From: Azolla caroliniana | Taxonomy: Eukaryota; Plantae; Polypodiophyta | Reading direction: 5' to 3' | Assembly: GCA_043228905.1 (NCBI GenBank) | Contig: JBHGNT010000011.1 | Span: 6,324,001-6,388,000 of the forward strand | Length of the DNA stretch: 64,000 nt | Shown here: in pieces, positions 10,850 to 20,661 of the stretch | How positions within the stretch are numbered: position 1 is the stretch's first letter | How the letters are laid out: every line of letters begins with the position of its first letter | The notes under the pieces: model-generated | The model's input: only the letters and a program-made list of their open reading frames with translations | Databases searched by the model: none | What the model was told of the DNA's origin: nothing | Program-made: the position numbers and the translations under genes

Positions 10850-12889
10850 ATGGAGGCTCAACAAGCTAACAATATGATGGCGATGTTCGAACGGATGCTT
10901 CAAGAACAACGCACGATGTCGGAGATTTCGGCATCAGTAGAGCGGCTCGTGCAACGCAACGGGCAATTTAATGGTAAGGATGTGTCGCGATATTTGCAGA
11001 ACTACAAGGCGGAGATGCTCCGGTGCCAGGCTTCGGAAGGACTGCAAGTGACATCCTTTAACCGGGTGGCGACCGACGGGCTTCAAGGGAGTATCCACGG
11101 GTTGCAACAACAAAATCCGACGTGGGAAGCATTCGAAGAGGCGTTAAAGACCACGTTTGCCATCGAGGACTCCTCCAAGGCAACGCGGAGGGGATTCGAG
11201 GATTGGGTGGAAACGTCAGGTAAGGGGCTGAAGGTCCTCGAAGTGTTTTCGGCATTCGAAAGTCGGTTCGGGAGGTTGTCCGCAAGAGATCAAACTATTC
11301 TTGCACCGGACAAAGTCATCATGTTTTTGCGAGCTGTGGACGTCCGGGACCGGAAAGATCTCGGAGTGCTTCTTGAGGACACAACCACCGAAAGCGGCCT
11401 CACCGAAACATGGGAAAGCGTGCAGGATATCGTCGCGCGGTACACGAAGAGGGGGCAATGGCTTGCCAACGAAGAAAAGAGGGTTTCGGAACCGATTCCG
11501 AAACCGAGAACGGGACTGGAAGACCATCAACCGAGGGCTCGGGAGATTACGGCCGAGAAGGGAGTCGACGCGTCTACGGTGGAGCAGCTGCTGAAGGAGA
11601 TGGAGAATCTAAAGATCGCGATGGTGAAGAAGTCGGATGACCGCCCCACAAGCTCCAAATATACGGATCGACGGTGCATATGGTGCGATAGCGCCGAACA
11701 CGATCGGAGGGATTGCGACGACCATAAGGAGGCGCTACGACGGGATCTCATCTACTACGAGGGAAACCGGATTCATTCGATGGACTCTCGGAAGCCACTC
11801 CGACCGAACTTCCGGAAAGGCGGCATGAAGAAGGTGCTCGAGGAGGAGTTAGCGGCAAGAAGCAACTATGCGACAACCGCGGGAATATGTGTCGGGGAGT
11901 CATCGGGAGCGAAGGCGTCTTTCTGGCCGGAGGTGCTAGGAAACACCGAGAAAACCGACTCCAACGATATCCGAAACACCGCGGAAGGCGTCCGGGAAGC
12001 TACGGGATGGGAGTGCCCTGTCGACAAGAATAGCATATACGCCCTGTGTCAATTACATGAGGTGTATGTGGACGAGAAACGACGGCGCACGGAGGATGCG
12101 GCCGGACCATCGAAGATACCGGAAAGCTGGAACTCCGGAGGTAAGGGAAAAGAAAAGGCGACTCCGGCATTCAAGCTCGCCTCGGACATAGAACAACAAA
12201 CCGACTTGAAAAGAGTGTTCGAGGAAAGAATCTTGGATAGCCGGGTAGATTTTTCGCTGCGGGAACTACTCGGAATAGCGAAGAAGGAGTTTCACGATCT
12301 TCTCGTGGATCTCGTGAAAAGGAAGAGACAAAGTACGGAGGAAAATGCTCCAAGGGTGAATGCAAATACCGTTTCAATGAACGACACCGAAGTGGAAGGC
12401 GAAATTCCGAACTCCCACTATACAAGGCCACACTGGGCACGTGCGACTACGGAGACTCCGGTCCGAATCGGCAACATCAAAGAACCCGTGCTAGCATTGA
12501 TTGATCACGGATCGGAGATCAACTTGATGTCCAAGGAGTTCTACCGAAAGGGGAAGTGGCCTATAAACACCAACCATGGATGGAAGATTCGGGCAGCCAC
12601 GAAAACGACAGAAGACCTATTTGCGGCTTGTCCGGATGTGACGGTAAAGATCGGGGATGTCGAAATTGACCAAAATTTCTTTGTGCAGGATGAGGTTTCA
12701 CATTCTGTCATCCTCGGCCAACCCTTTATCACGGCTTCACGGATGGAGACGAAGGTGCTCGATAGTGGTGCGGCTTTTGCGCGAATTCGGAGCCAAAACG
12801 GAGGGAAATCCGTCCAATTCCTAACGGTGCCGGCAAATCACGAAAGGAACAAGAGGGAACTCTTGTCCCAAGTGAGAATGGATTTTTAA
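10850..12889 (+). CDS. Element B gag-protease
   Basis: Intact ORF with the CIWCDSAEHDRRDC knuckle and the ALIDHGSEIN protease motif. Confidence 0.9.
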   Translation: MEAQQANNMMAMFERMLQEQRTMSEISASVERLVQRNGQFNGKDVSRYLQNYKAEMLRCQASEGLQVTSFNRVATDGLQGSIHGLQQQNPTWEAFEEALKTTFAIEDSSKATRRGFEDWVETSGKGLKVLEVFSAFESRFGRLSARDQTILAPDKVIMFLRAVDVRDRKDLGVLLEDTTTESGLTETWESVQDIVARYTKRGQWLANEEKRVSEPIPKPRTGLEDHQPRAREITAEKGVDASTVEQLLKEMENLKIAMVKKSDDRPTSSKYTDRRCIWCDSAEHDRRDCDDHKEALRRDLIYYEGNRIHSMDSRKPLRPNFRKGGMKKVLEEELAARSNYATTAGICVGESSGAKASFWPEVLGNTEKTDSNDIRNTAEGVREATGWECPVDKNSIYALCQLHEVYVDEKRRRTEDAAGPSKIPESWNSGGKGKEKATPAFKLASDIEQQTDLKRVFEERILDSRVDFSLRELLGIAKKEFHDLLVDLVKRKRQSTEENAPRVNANTVSMNDTEVEGEIPNSHYTRPHWARATTETPVRIGNIKEPVLALIDHGSEINLMSKEFYRKGKWPINTNHGWKIRAATKTTEDLFAACPDVTVKIGDVEIDQNFFVQDEVSHSVILGQPFITASRMETKVLDSGAAFARIRSQNGGKSVQFLTVPANHERNKRELLSQVRMDF

Positions 12890-13493
12890 AGCGGACTGTT
12901 GCGGAGTGGGGAAGTGATAGTCCGAGAAGCCCTGATACCCCACACAGGAAGAAAACTCTCGGAGCAAAACAAGTACGAATCGGCCCGGATGGGGCATCTA
13001 CGTACACGGCCGTAACCGGAGGAATGAAGAAACAATACCGACAAGTGGAGGATAAGTTACGGTCGGCATCAATAATAAAAGAAGACGAAGAAATCGTGGG
13101 AGTGATCGAGGAAGTGTTCTATGGGAATACACTACAACGGCTTGAAGAGCTTGCGGAAGATAAAAGCCAAGGGAACCGGGTAGTCCCGGTGGAATCGGTC
13201 GAGATGTACGAGATCGTTGCGAAAATGGGGCCGGATGCGCTCCGCAAAGAAGAAGCAATGGTAAGTACGAAATACAAGACCGTGGAGAAGAAGGTGAAAC
13301 CGGCCGCGGGACCACTACCCGCCGATAGCGAACAAAAGAAGAAAGAAGTCTCGGGAGATCCGACACTTCGGAAGTCCGTGGATATCGGACATGCCTTCAC
13401 AGATGAGACCCGGAAGAAACTTCGGATCGGTGGAGGTGGGTTCCTCTTACAAGAAGAAGAAAAACGGTTTCGAGAGATGTTGGAGCAACACGG
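12880..13493 (+). CDS. Element B pol, N-terminal part (-1 frame), interrupted by element C
   Basis: Open from GGATTTT at 12880. Removing C restores ...MLEQ-HGKAFAF.... Confidence 0.85.
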
Positions 13494-14210
13494 TGTCGGG
13501 GTTACTACGCCCTTGCGTGTAGAAAGGAGGAGGGACCACGGGGGTCTTGAACCGAAGAGCAAGAGAGAGAGGAGTAAGAGAGAGAGACCCGATTACACAG
13601 AACCGAAGATCCGATTGCGCAGAACCGACGATTGCACAGGGACACGGCCCAACAAACAGAGATCACAAATAAACGCCGACGCAGATGGACGCAACAACGA
13701 AAGATATGTACTTATGAATGCAAGAAAATAACAGACTAAAGTATTAGAACCCACGGTGGGGCACGAAATAGATACTAACGAAAACGAACAGGGCGGCGAA
13801 CAGATGCCGACCCCTGTATGTCTTGACGCACAGGAAGGGAAAACAGGTCGGAGGTGCTGCAGGACGCACTCGGGGCGTTCCACGGAACAGCGCAAGCCTC
13901 CTCGAAACCTGCACTGGTACGCGATGGAGCAGAAGACAGAGAAAGCAGGAGTGAGAGAGAAGCTCCGAAATCGGTTCGGCAGCACTTCGTCCTCTCCGCG
14001 CGAGATACCCACTTCTATTCTTCCTCTTCCCTTTTATAGCCCGTCAAGAGGCCGTTTGGCATTAACTGCATACCAACCGAATCTACCCACCTAGGATCCT
14101 CGTATGTACCTACTTCGTCCTTAGGTACTTCTTGGGGCGCGTGTGTGCGTAGAGCCGTTTCCCACGCCTTGTTCCTCCGATTCCTCTTGTGGGCGGTTTT
14201 CTTCACGACA
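13494..14210 (-). repeat. Element C 3' LTR
   Basis: Direct repeat of 19941-20657, with at least 3 substitutions seen by eye. Confidence 0.97.
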
Positions 14211-14282
14211 TCCGCCCCCACCTAACCGCGCATCCACCGGCATGCGCCAAAATAAGTTGGCACGGAGAAAACCGGCCCGCCT

Positions 14283-17200
14283 TTACTCTTCGCCTGCCGG
14301 CCCTTCCTCGGCCTCGGATCGGTCGTCGCTGCTGTCCAGGAGAATCGGGTCGGGTTCGTCGTCGTGCCGCTTCTTGAAAGCTTTGATCCTCTTCCCGGCC
14401 ACGGGTATCGCTATTCTCGTACCGTCGAGCTCCGCCAGATGATACGTCCCGTTGTCGTTGGCGCTCTGTACCGTGTACGGCCCGAACCATCTCCGTGCGA
14501 ACTTCCGCGTTGATCGGTGCTGGTTGTCGAGGCTGCTGTCGTAGACGAGCACCCAGTCACCTTGTTCGATCTTCTTCGGTCGGAGTCGGTGCGTTCGGTC
14601 GAACCTGGCCTTGTTCTTTATCCTCGCCACTCGGATCCTTTCTGCAGCCGTCTCCACGTCCTCCGGTCTCCGTTCGAGTTGTCGTATACGCGCTGCCAAC
14701 AAGTCCTCCCGGCTCATCTCGTCCCTCCAGTCGACCGTCGCCCATGAGGAGATTGTTTGTTCCACCGGCATGATCGGCTTCTGGCCGAACATGAGCTCTG
14801 TCGGCATGTACCCGGTTACCGAACTGTGCGTAGTCCGGTCGGCCCACAAAGCATAAGGTAGAAGTCGCGGCCAGTTACCGACTTGGCCCCTGCATGCCCG
14901 AACCAGCGCTTTAACGATCGGCCCGTGTCCGCGCTCCACCTTTCCATTCGCCTCCGGGTTGTACGCAGTGGTGAGCGAGAGTTTGACTCCCAGCCGATCG
15001 AACAGCTCCGCGGCCTCCTCGGCGTCCAACTCCCCCCGGTCAGCCACGATCTTCCCGACGCACCCGTACCGGCATATCACGTCCTCGATCAGGAACCGAC
15101 ACACGGCCGCGGTCGTCTTGTTCTGAAGGGCTCGGCCTTCCACCTGGTTCGTCAGGTCTTCCCGCGCTAGGACCAGATACCGCATCTGTCCTACCCCCAT
15201 CGGCATCGTCACTAGATCTACCATCCATTTGAAGTGGATAGTCGGAGGGTACGTAGGGCGAAGCCCATCCCGGTGTCGGACTATCGAGTGCATCTGACAA
15301 CTCTCGCAAGTCGACACGAACCGATGCACGTCCCGGTACAATCCCGGCCACCAGTACTTCCCCTTCAGCTTCTCAAATGTCGCCCACGTTCCACGGTGTC
15401 CAGCCCAAGGGCTGTCGTGGTAGGCCGTCAGCAGCTCCTCCTGTTCTTCCTTCATCGCCACCACCCGGAGCGGAGCGCCGTCCCTCTTCTTCGGGTGCTT
15501 CCATAGGTAGCCATCCCGGAGAAAGAATCGATATGCTTTCTTCCGGATCCGGTTGGCCTCGTCCTTCGTCCATGACGCATCAGGCGTCATTGTCTTCAAA
15601 AACCCGCCGATCTGCAGCCACTCCCCGTCGTACTTGCTCGCGTCGAACTCGTTAAGCGCCGGAGTGCTCATTCCGTCGGTCGTTATGTGTGCCGCCTCGA
15701 AGAAATCCACGCCGACTTCTTCGTCTTCCGAAACCATGCCGCCCTCGTCGTCGAACCTCGCCCTCGAAAGCATGTCGGCCATGGCGTTGTCTTTCCCGGA
15801 AATGTGTCGTATTTCCGGGTCCAGGGACTTGATGTACGCTATCCACCTGAGCATCGCCAGGTCCGGAGTCGCGCATCCGGAAACCATACCGAGAATCGGC
15901 AGGCAATCTGTCTCGATGATCACTTCTGTCCCTATCAGGTAGTCTTTGTCGGCCTTAACCGCCGAAACAATACCCCAGAGTTCGCGTTTAACCTGGGCGT
16001 ATCCTCGCTGCCGTTCACTGAGGACTTTCGCGCCGAATCGGATCGGAAACCGATTGCCGTCCTCGTCTTCCTGGTTCACGACCCATCCGATCCCGGTCGG
16101 ATTGGTATCCACCGTTATGAATACCGGGGTACCCTTCCCGTATACCGCCTTCCGGAGTGCCGGTGCCGCTGCAAGGGCCTCTTTCAGCTTCCGGACCGAT
16201 TCCGCGTGCTCGTCTAGCCATTCGAACCTTCGCCCCTTTTTCAGCAACCCGTACAGTGGCTCCGCGACGTGTGCGTAATGCGGGATCCATATGTGGTAGA
16301 ACGCGCATGCCCCCAGGAATCTCCGTACTTCCGTGACCGAGCTGCAGTCGGGCTTCATCGCGGAGATGGCTTCTACCTTTGCCGGAGACGGTTTCCGGCC
16401 ATACGGTCCGCACAGGTGTCCGACCACCATGATTTCTGACTGCCCGAAGGCCGACTTCTCCCCGGAGAAGGTGAGTCTCGCATCCTCTAGCCTTCGCAGC
16501 ACCTTCTCGCAGTCGTCGATGTGCGTCGCCACGAATCGCCGGCATCCGTCCGGCCCGATCGTCTCGTCCTTCTCTTCTACCGGGCATCCCTTGATCGGGA
16601 TGTCGTCCAGAAACGGCATGGTGATGTCCGGGATACAGTCCCTCAGAACCTTGTTCATCGCATTCACCATGTGGGCCACCGAGTTGGTCCCTCCTTGCGG
16701 CAGTGTACACATCCGAACTAGGCCGAGGGGAGTTCGCATCGTCGTAATGTCTCTGCTCTCCACGGCTAGCTGGAACTGGTCGTACCCTGAGTATAGATCC
16801 CCGACCGAGTAAATTGACCTTCCGGCGAAGGCCTCCGCGAACTCGTCTACGGTCGGTCCGATCCCTGCGTTCCGAATGGTCACTCGATTGACCGGCTGCA
16901 GGTCCTGGATGAAGCGCAACGAACCGTTTTTCTTCGGTACGGTAAACCATCGATTCGAATATGGGGCGCTCGACGGCTCGAGAATTCCCATATCAACTTT
17001 CTGCTTCAGCAGCTCCATCAACTTCGGGATGTGAGCTCTCGGAACCGGGATTGGCTTGAGGTTCCATGGTACATGCGGTACCGTGAATACCACCATCGGC
17101 TCCACGATCGTCGGGTCAACGCACCCGATTTCCTCCGGCGAGAATGCGAAGGCTTTCCCGTGCCTTCCGAGCATTCTCCGAAACCGGTCTTCCTCCGCCG

Positions 17201-17780
17201 GCAGTAGGAACCCGCCCCCACCGATTTTGAGCTCTCGGAGCGTCTCGTCGGTGAAGGTGTGCCCTATGCAGGCCGGATCTCGTAGACTAGGGTCCGATGC
17301 AACCCCTTTGATTCTCGACGCGCTGTCCTCCGGTAAGGGTGCCGCGACTGGCCTTACCTTCCGGTCCACAGTCTTGTACTTGGTGCTTACGCGGGCCGTC
17401 CGAACTGACTCGAGCCCTCGACCGAAGTCCGCGATGACTTCGTACATCTCCTCGGAACACACCGGTATCGTCCGGTCTTCGTTAAGGCCTTCTTCGACTA
17501 CCTTTCCCAGCATTCCCAAGGTGTCGTCGAATGAGACCGCCTCCACGGCTCCGTTGATTTCCTCGTCAGGGCCGAGAACTCCGCACGCTCGAAGTCTCCC
17601 CTCCGCCTTTGTCTTCTCTCGGCCGCCGATGCCGACTATCGTACACGCTCCGCTGTCGGAGAACAAAAATCCCCTACCTATGGTACAAGGTTCCTTCGGT
17701 TTTATCGTACAGGTGTGGGGGTTTCCCGGGGTGTCCGGACTGTCGCGGCCCCACGCCTTGGCAGCCCTCTCTAAAAATCC
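14283..17780 (-). CDS. Element C pol (RT, RNase H, integrase), -1 frame relative to gag
   Basis: The 1127-aa ORF stays open upstream to the GGATTTT site. Motifs FLDD, HHCC and GPY. Confidence 0.95.
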   Translation of the reverse strand, partial: GFLERAAKAWGRDSPDTPGNPHTCTIKPKEPCTIGRGFLFSDSGACTIVGIGGREKTKAEGRLRACGVLGPDEEINGAVEAVSFDDTLGMLGKVVEEGLNEDRTIPVCSEEMYEVIADFGRGLESVRTARVSTKYKTVDRKVRPVAAPLPEDSASRIKGVASDPSLRDPACIGHTFTDETLRELKIGGGGFLLPAEEDRFRRMLGRHGKAFAFSPEEIGCVDPTIVEPMVVFTVPHVPWNLKPIPVPRAHIPKLMELLKQKVDMGILEPSSAPYSNRWFTVPKKNGSLRFIQDLQPVNRVTIRNAGIGPTVDEFAEAFAGRSIYSVGDLYSGYDQFQLAVESRDITTMRTPLGLVRMCTLPQGGTNSVAHMVNAMNKVLRDCIPDITMPFLDDIPIKGCPVEEKDETIGPDGCRRFVATHIDDCEKVLRRLEDARLTFSGEKSAFGQSEIMVVGHLCGPYGRKPSPAKVEAISAMKPDCSSVTEVRRFLGACAFYHIWIPHYAHVAEPLYGLLKKGRRFEWLDEHAESVRKLKEALAAAPALRKAVYGKGTPVFITVDTNPTGIGWVVNQEDEDGNRFPIRFGAKVLSERQRGYAQVKRELWGIVSAVKADKDYLIGTEVIIETDCLPILGMVSGCATPDLAMLRWIAYIKSLDPEIRHISGKDNAMADMLSRARFDDEGGMVSEDEEVGVDFFEAAHITTDGMSTPALNEFDASKYDGEWLQIGGFLKTMTPDASWTKDEANRIRKKAYRFFLRDGYLWKHPKKRDGAPLRVVAMKEEQEELLTAYHDSPWAGHRGTWATFEKLKGKYWWPGLYRDVHRFVSTCESCQMHSIVRHRDGLRPTYPPTIHFKWMVDLVTMPMGVGQMRYLVLAREDLTNQVEGRALQNKTTAAVCRFLIEDVICRYGCVGKIVADRGELDAEEAAELFDRLGVKLSLTTAYNPEANGKVERGHGPIVKALVRACRGQVGNWPRLLPYALWADRTTHSSVTGYMPTELMFGQKPIMPVEQTISSWATVDWRDEMSREDLLAARIRQLERRPEDVETAAERIRVARIKNKARFDRTHRLRPKKIEQGDWVLVYDSSLDNQHRSTRKFARRWFGPYTVQSANDNGTYHLAELDGTRIAIPVAGKRIKAFKKRHDDEPDPILLDSSDDRSEAEEGPAGEE

Positions 17781-19897
17781 TCTCGGTTATCGGAACCGAG
17801 GGAGTCGCGGTTACGCTCGTGGTTCGGCCTAACCGTCAAAAACTGGACCGAATGGCGCCCGTCCTGGCTCTTGACCCGCGCATAGGCCGAACCGTTGTCC
17901 AGCACCTTGGTCTCCATTCGAGCCGCCGTGATGTACGGCTCTCCCAGTATGACGGGGTGCGATGACGACTCCTGCACGAAGAAGTGCTGGTCTATCTCGA
18001 CATCGCCGATCTTGACCCGTACATTCGGGCAGGCCCCGTGAAGTTCCTCGGTGGCGCGCGTCGCCGCCCTTATCTTCCACCCGTGCTTGGTGTTGATCGG
18101 CCATTTGCCCTTCTTATAGAAGTCCATGGACATCAGGTTGATTTCCGATCCGTGGTCCACCAAAGCTACTACCGGTTCCTGGACATCGCCGATCTTTACC
18201 GGGGTTTCCGTGGTCGCTCGGGCCCAGTGTGGCCGCGAATAGTGGCTCTCCGCCCACTCGTCTTCCAGCGCCATGTCGTCCAGGTGCGCCGTCCGCACCT
18301 CTACCGGTCTTTCCGGTTCCTCCTCCGTCGACAGCCTCTTCCGCTTGACCAAGTCCACGATGGAGTCGTGGAACTCTTTCTTCGCGATTCCGAGCACCTC
18401 CCGTAGCGACAGCTCCACCTTGCTGTCGAGGATCCGTTCCTCCAGGACCTTTCGTAAGTCCGTGGTTCTTTCTATCTCCGTCCCCAGACGGTACCCGCCC
18501 TTCTGGGGTTTATCTTGCGTACCGGCCCCGCCGGCTTCGTCCCGTCGTGGCCCGGACCGGGTCTCGTATCGTTGTGAGGGCCCGGTCGTCCCGGGTTTCC
18601 CCACCCGCTTCTCTTCTACCAGAGCCTCGTAGTTCCGGCAAGCGGCTTCCACGAAGCCCGTCTTCTCCTCGACCGGGTCGCTCCACCCGGTCATCTCCCG
18701 TACCCGTTTCTCCGCACGGTCTGATTCCTCCCTCTTCATCCTCGTATCGGCAAGGCCTTCCAGCACCGTCGGCCAGAATCCGGCTTTGCTTCCTCTTCGG
18801 GCCTCGTTGCCCCCGACTCGAATACCGGCCGACGCCGAGTAGTGGACGGTTTCCGCATGTCGGGCCGCCGCCTCTTCCATCAACCTCTTCATTCCGCCTC
18901 GCCCGTCGTTTCGGTTTAGGGCCCTTCTCGTGTCGTTGGCGTGAACCCGGCCTTCCCATAGGTACACCACCCGGTTCCTCAGCGCCTCTGCGAAATCGCC
19001 GCAGTCTTTTCGGATGTGGCCGACCCCGTCGCACCACATGCACCTGTTCCCTGCCGCCGGCCGTCGGTCACGAGCAGGTCCTCCGCCTTCTCTGCGGGCT
19101 TGTGCGATTTGGAGGTCTTTTATCGCCCTCGTCAGTTCCTCCAACGCAGCTCCTCCAGTCGAGCCTCTGATCACGTCGGTCGTAGCTGAACCGGATTCCA
19201 GCCACTCCCGAGTCTCTTCCCTTCGCACCGGCTGCGCCGGCTCGAGTTTCCTCGCCGCGACTGAGCCCGACCCGGTTGCTCTGTCATCCTCCCATTCTCG
19301 CCGTTTGTCGAAACGGCCGCAGGCTCTCTTGACCGCCGCCCAGTCGGCTGTCAGCCCGTCTTCGGTTTCTAGCAGGGCGCCCACGTGACTCCGATCCCTC
19401 TCGTCAACCGATTTGACGAACAGCAGGACCCGGCTTGTATCCAGGACCATCCTGTCAAGCGCCGAAAGGCGCGCGAAGTTCTCCTCGAACTCCCGGAGGA
19501 GTGCCGACGCGTTTCTTCCTTTCCCGGGAGACTCCACCCACTCCATGAAGCTTCGCTTCGAAAGCCGGAGCGCGTCGTCCAGTCCGTATTTTTCCAGGAG
19601 CCGACCTTCGAACTCCTCCCAGGTACGGCTCTCCGCCCGCACCTCGAGCACCTCCGCATGGATGCTCGGCATCGCCACTCGGGGAAAACCGGCAAGACGC
19701 CTGTCTTCCGGAATGTCCCGCATTAACATTTCCGCACCGTAGGACGCCAGATACTTCGTGGCATCCTTCCCATCGAACCGGCCGATCGTGCCGACGACCG
19801 CCTCAATAGCTCTGTCGAGGGCACCGGTGCCCTCGCGCGCGTTTACAATCCGATCCACGGCCGAAGCCATGGCCTCTGCGAGATCCGACCCCCTCAT
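17771..19897 (-). CDS. Element C gag-protease
   Basis: Intact, with CMWCDGVGHIRKDC and ALVDHGSEIN. Homologous to the element B gag-PR. Confidence 0.92.
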   Translation of the reverse strand: MRGSDLAEAMASAVDRIVNAREGTGALDRAIEAVVGTIGRFDGKDATKYLASYGAEMLMRDIPEDRRLAGFPRVAMPSIHAEVLEVRAESRTWEEFEGRLLEKYGLDDALRLSKRSFMEWVESPGKGRNASALLREFEENFARLSALDRMVLDTSRVLLFVKSVDERDRSHVGALLETEDGLTADWAAVKRACGRFDKRREWEDDRATGSGSVAARKLEPAQPVRREETREWLESGSATTDVIRGSTGGAALEELTRAIKDLQIAQARREGGGPARDRRPAAGNRCMWCDGVGHIRKDCGDFAEALRNRVVYLWEGRVHANDTRRALNRNDGRGGMKRLMEEAAARHAETVHYSASAGIRVGGNEARRGSKAGFWPTVLEGLADTRMKREESDRAEKRVREMTGWSDPVEEKTGFVEAACRNYEALVEEKRVGKPGTTGPSQRYETRSGPRRDEAGGAGTQDKPQKGGYRLGTEIERTTDLRKVLEERILDSKVELSLREVLGIAKKEFHDSIVDLVKRKRLSTEEEPERPVEVRTAHLDDMALEDEWAESHYSRPHWARATTETPVKIGDVQEPVVALVDHGSEINLMSMDFYKKGKWPINTKHGWKIRAATRATEELHGACPNVRVKIGDVEIDQHFFVQESSSHPVILGEPYITAARMETKVLDNGSAYARVKSQDGRHSVQFLTVRPNHERNRDSLGSDNREDF

Positions 19898-19940
19898 CTT
19901 CTGCTCTTCTGCCGCCTCTTTCACGTCGGGTTCACCAAGA

Positions 19941-20657
19941 TGTCGGGGTTACTACGCCCTTGCGTGTAGAAAGGAGGAGGGACCACGGGGGTCTTGAACC
20001 GAAGAGCAAGAGAGAGAGGAGTAAGAGAGAGAGACCCAATTACACAGAACCGAAGATCCGATTGCGTAGAACCGACGATTGCACAGGGACACGGCCCAAC
20101 AAACAGAGATCACAAATAAACGCCGACGCAGATGGACGCAACAACGAAAGATATGTACTTATGAATGCAAGAAAATAACAGACTAAAGTATTACAACCCA
20201 CGGTGGGGCACGAAATAGATACTAACGAAAACGAACAGGGCGGCGAACAGATGCCGACCCCTGTATGTCTTGACGCACAGGAAGGGAAAACAGGTCGGAG
20301 GTGCTGCAGGACGCACTCGGGGCGTTCCACGGAACAGCGCAAGCCTCCTCGAAACCTGCACTGGTACGCGATGGAGCAGAAGACAGAGAAAGCAGGAGTG
20401 AGAGAGAAGCTCCGAAATCGGTTCGGCAGCACTTCGTCCTCTCCGCGCGAGATACCCACTTCTATTCTTCCTCTTCCCTTTTATAGCCCGTCAAGAGGCC
20501 GTTTGGCATTAACTGCATACCAACCGAATCTACCCACCTAGGATCCTCGTATGTACCTACTTCGTCCTTAGGTACTTCTTGGGGCGCGTGTGTGCGTAGA
20601 GCCGTTTCCCACGCCTTGTTCCTCCGATTCCTCTTGTGGGCGGTTTTCTTCACGACA
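19941..20657 (-). repeat. Element C 5' LTR
   Basis: Adjacent to the PBS and gag. Confidence 0.97.
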
Positions 20658-20661
20658 ACGG

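Larger units (their letters stand above)
13494..20657 (-). mobile_element. Element C: intact Ty3/gypsy of the same clade as B, in opposite orientation
   Basis: 717-bp LTRs at 13494-14210 and 19941-20657. 4-bp TSD ACGG (13490-13493, 20658-20661). tRNA-Trp PBS at 19921-19937. PPT at 14211-14222. Confidence 0.97.

Noticed and set aside
13494-13731. C-terminal part of ORF 13024-13731 and the duplicated small ORFs at 13593-14221 / 19960-20788
   Set aside because: These are translations of element C LTR sequence, duplicated because the LTRs are duplicated.
14495-19997. Many overlapping 60-310 aa ORFs within element C (likewise in B and D)
   Set aside because: Shadow ORFs expected in GC-rich coding DNA, with no recognisable motifs.
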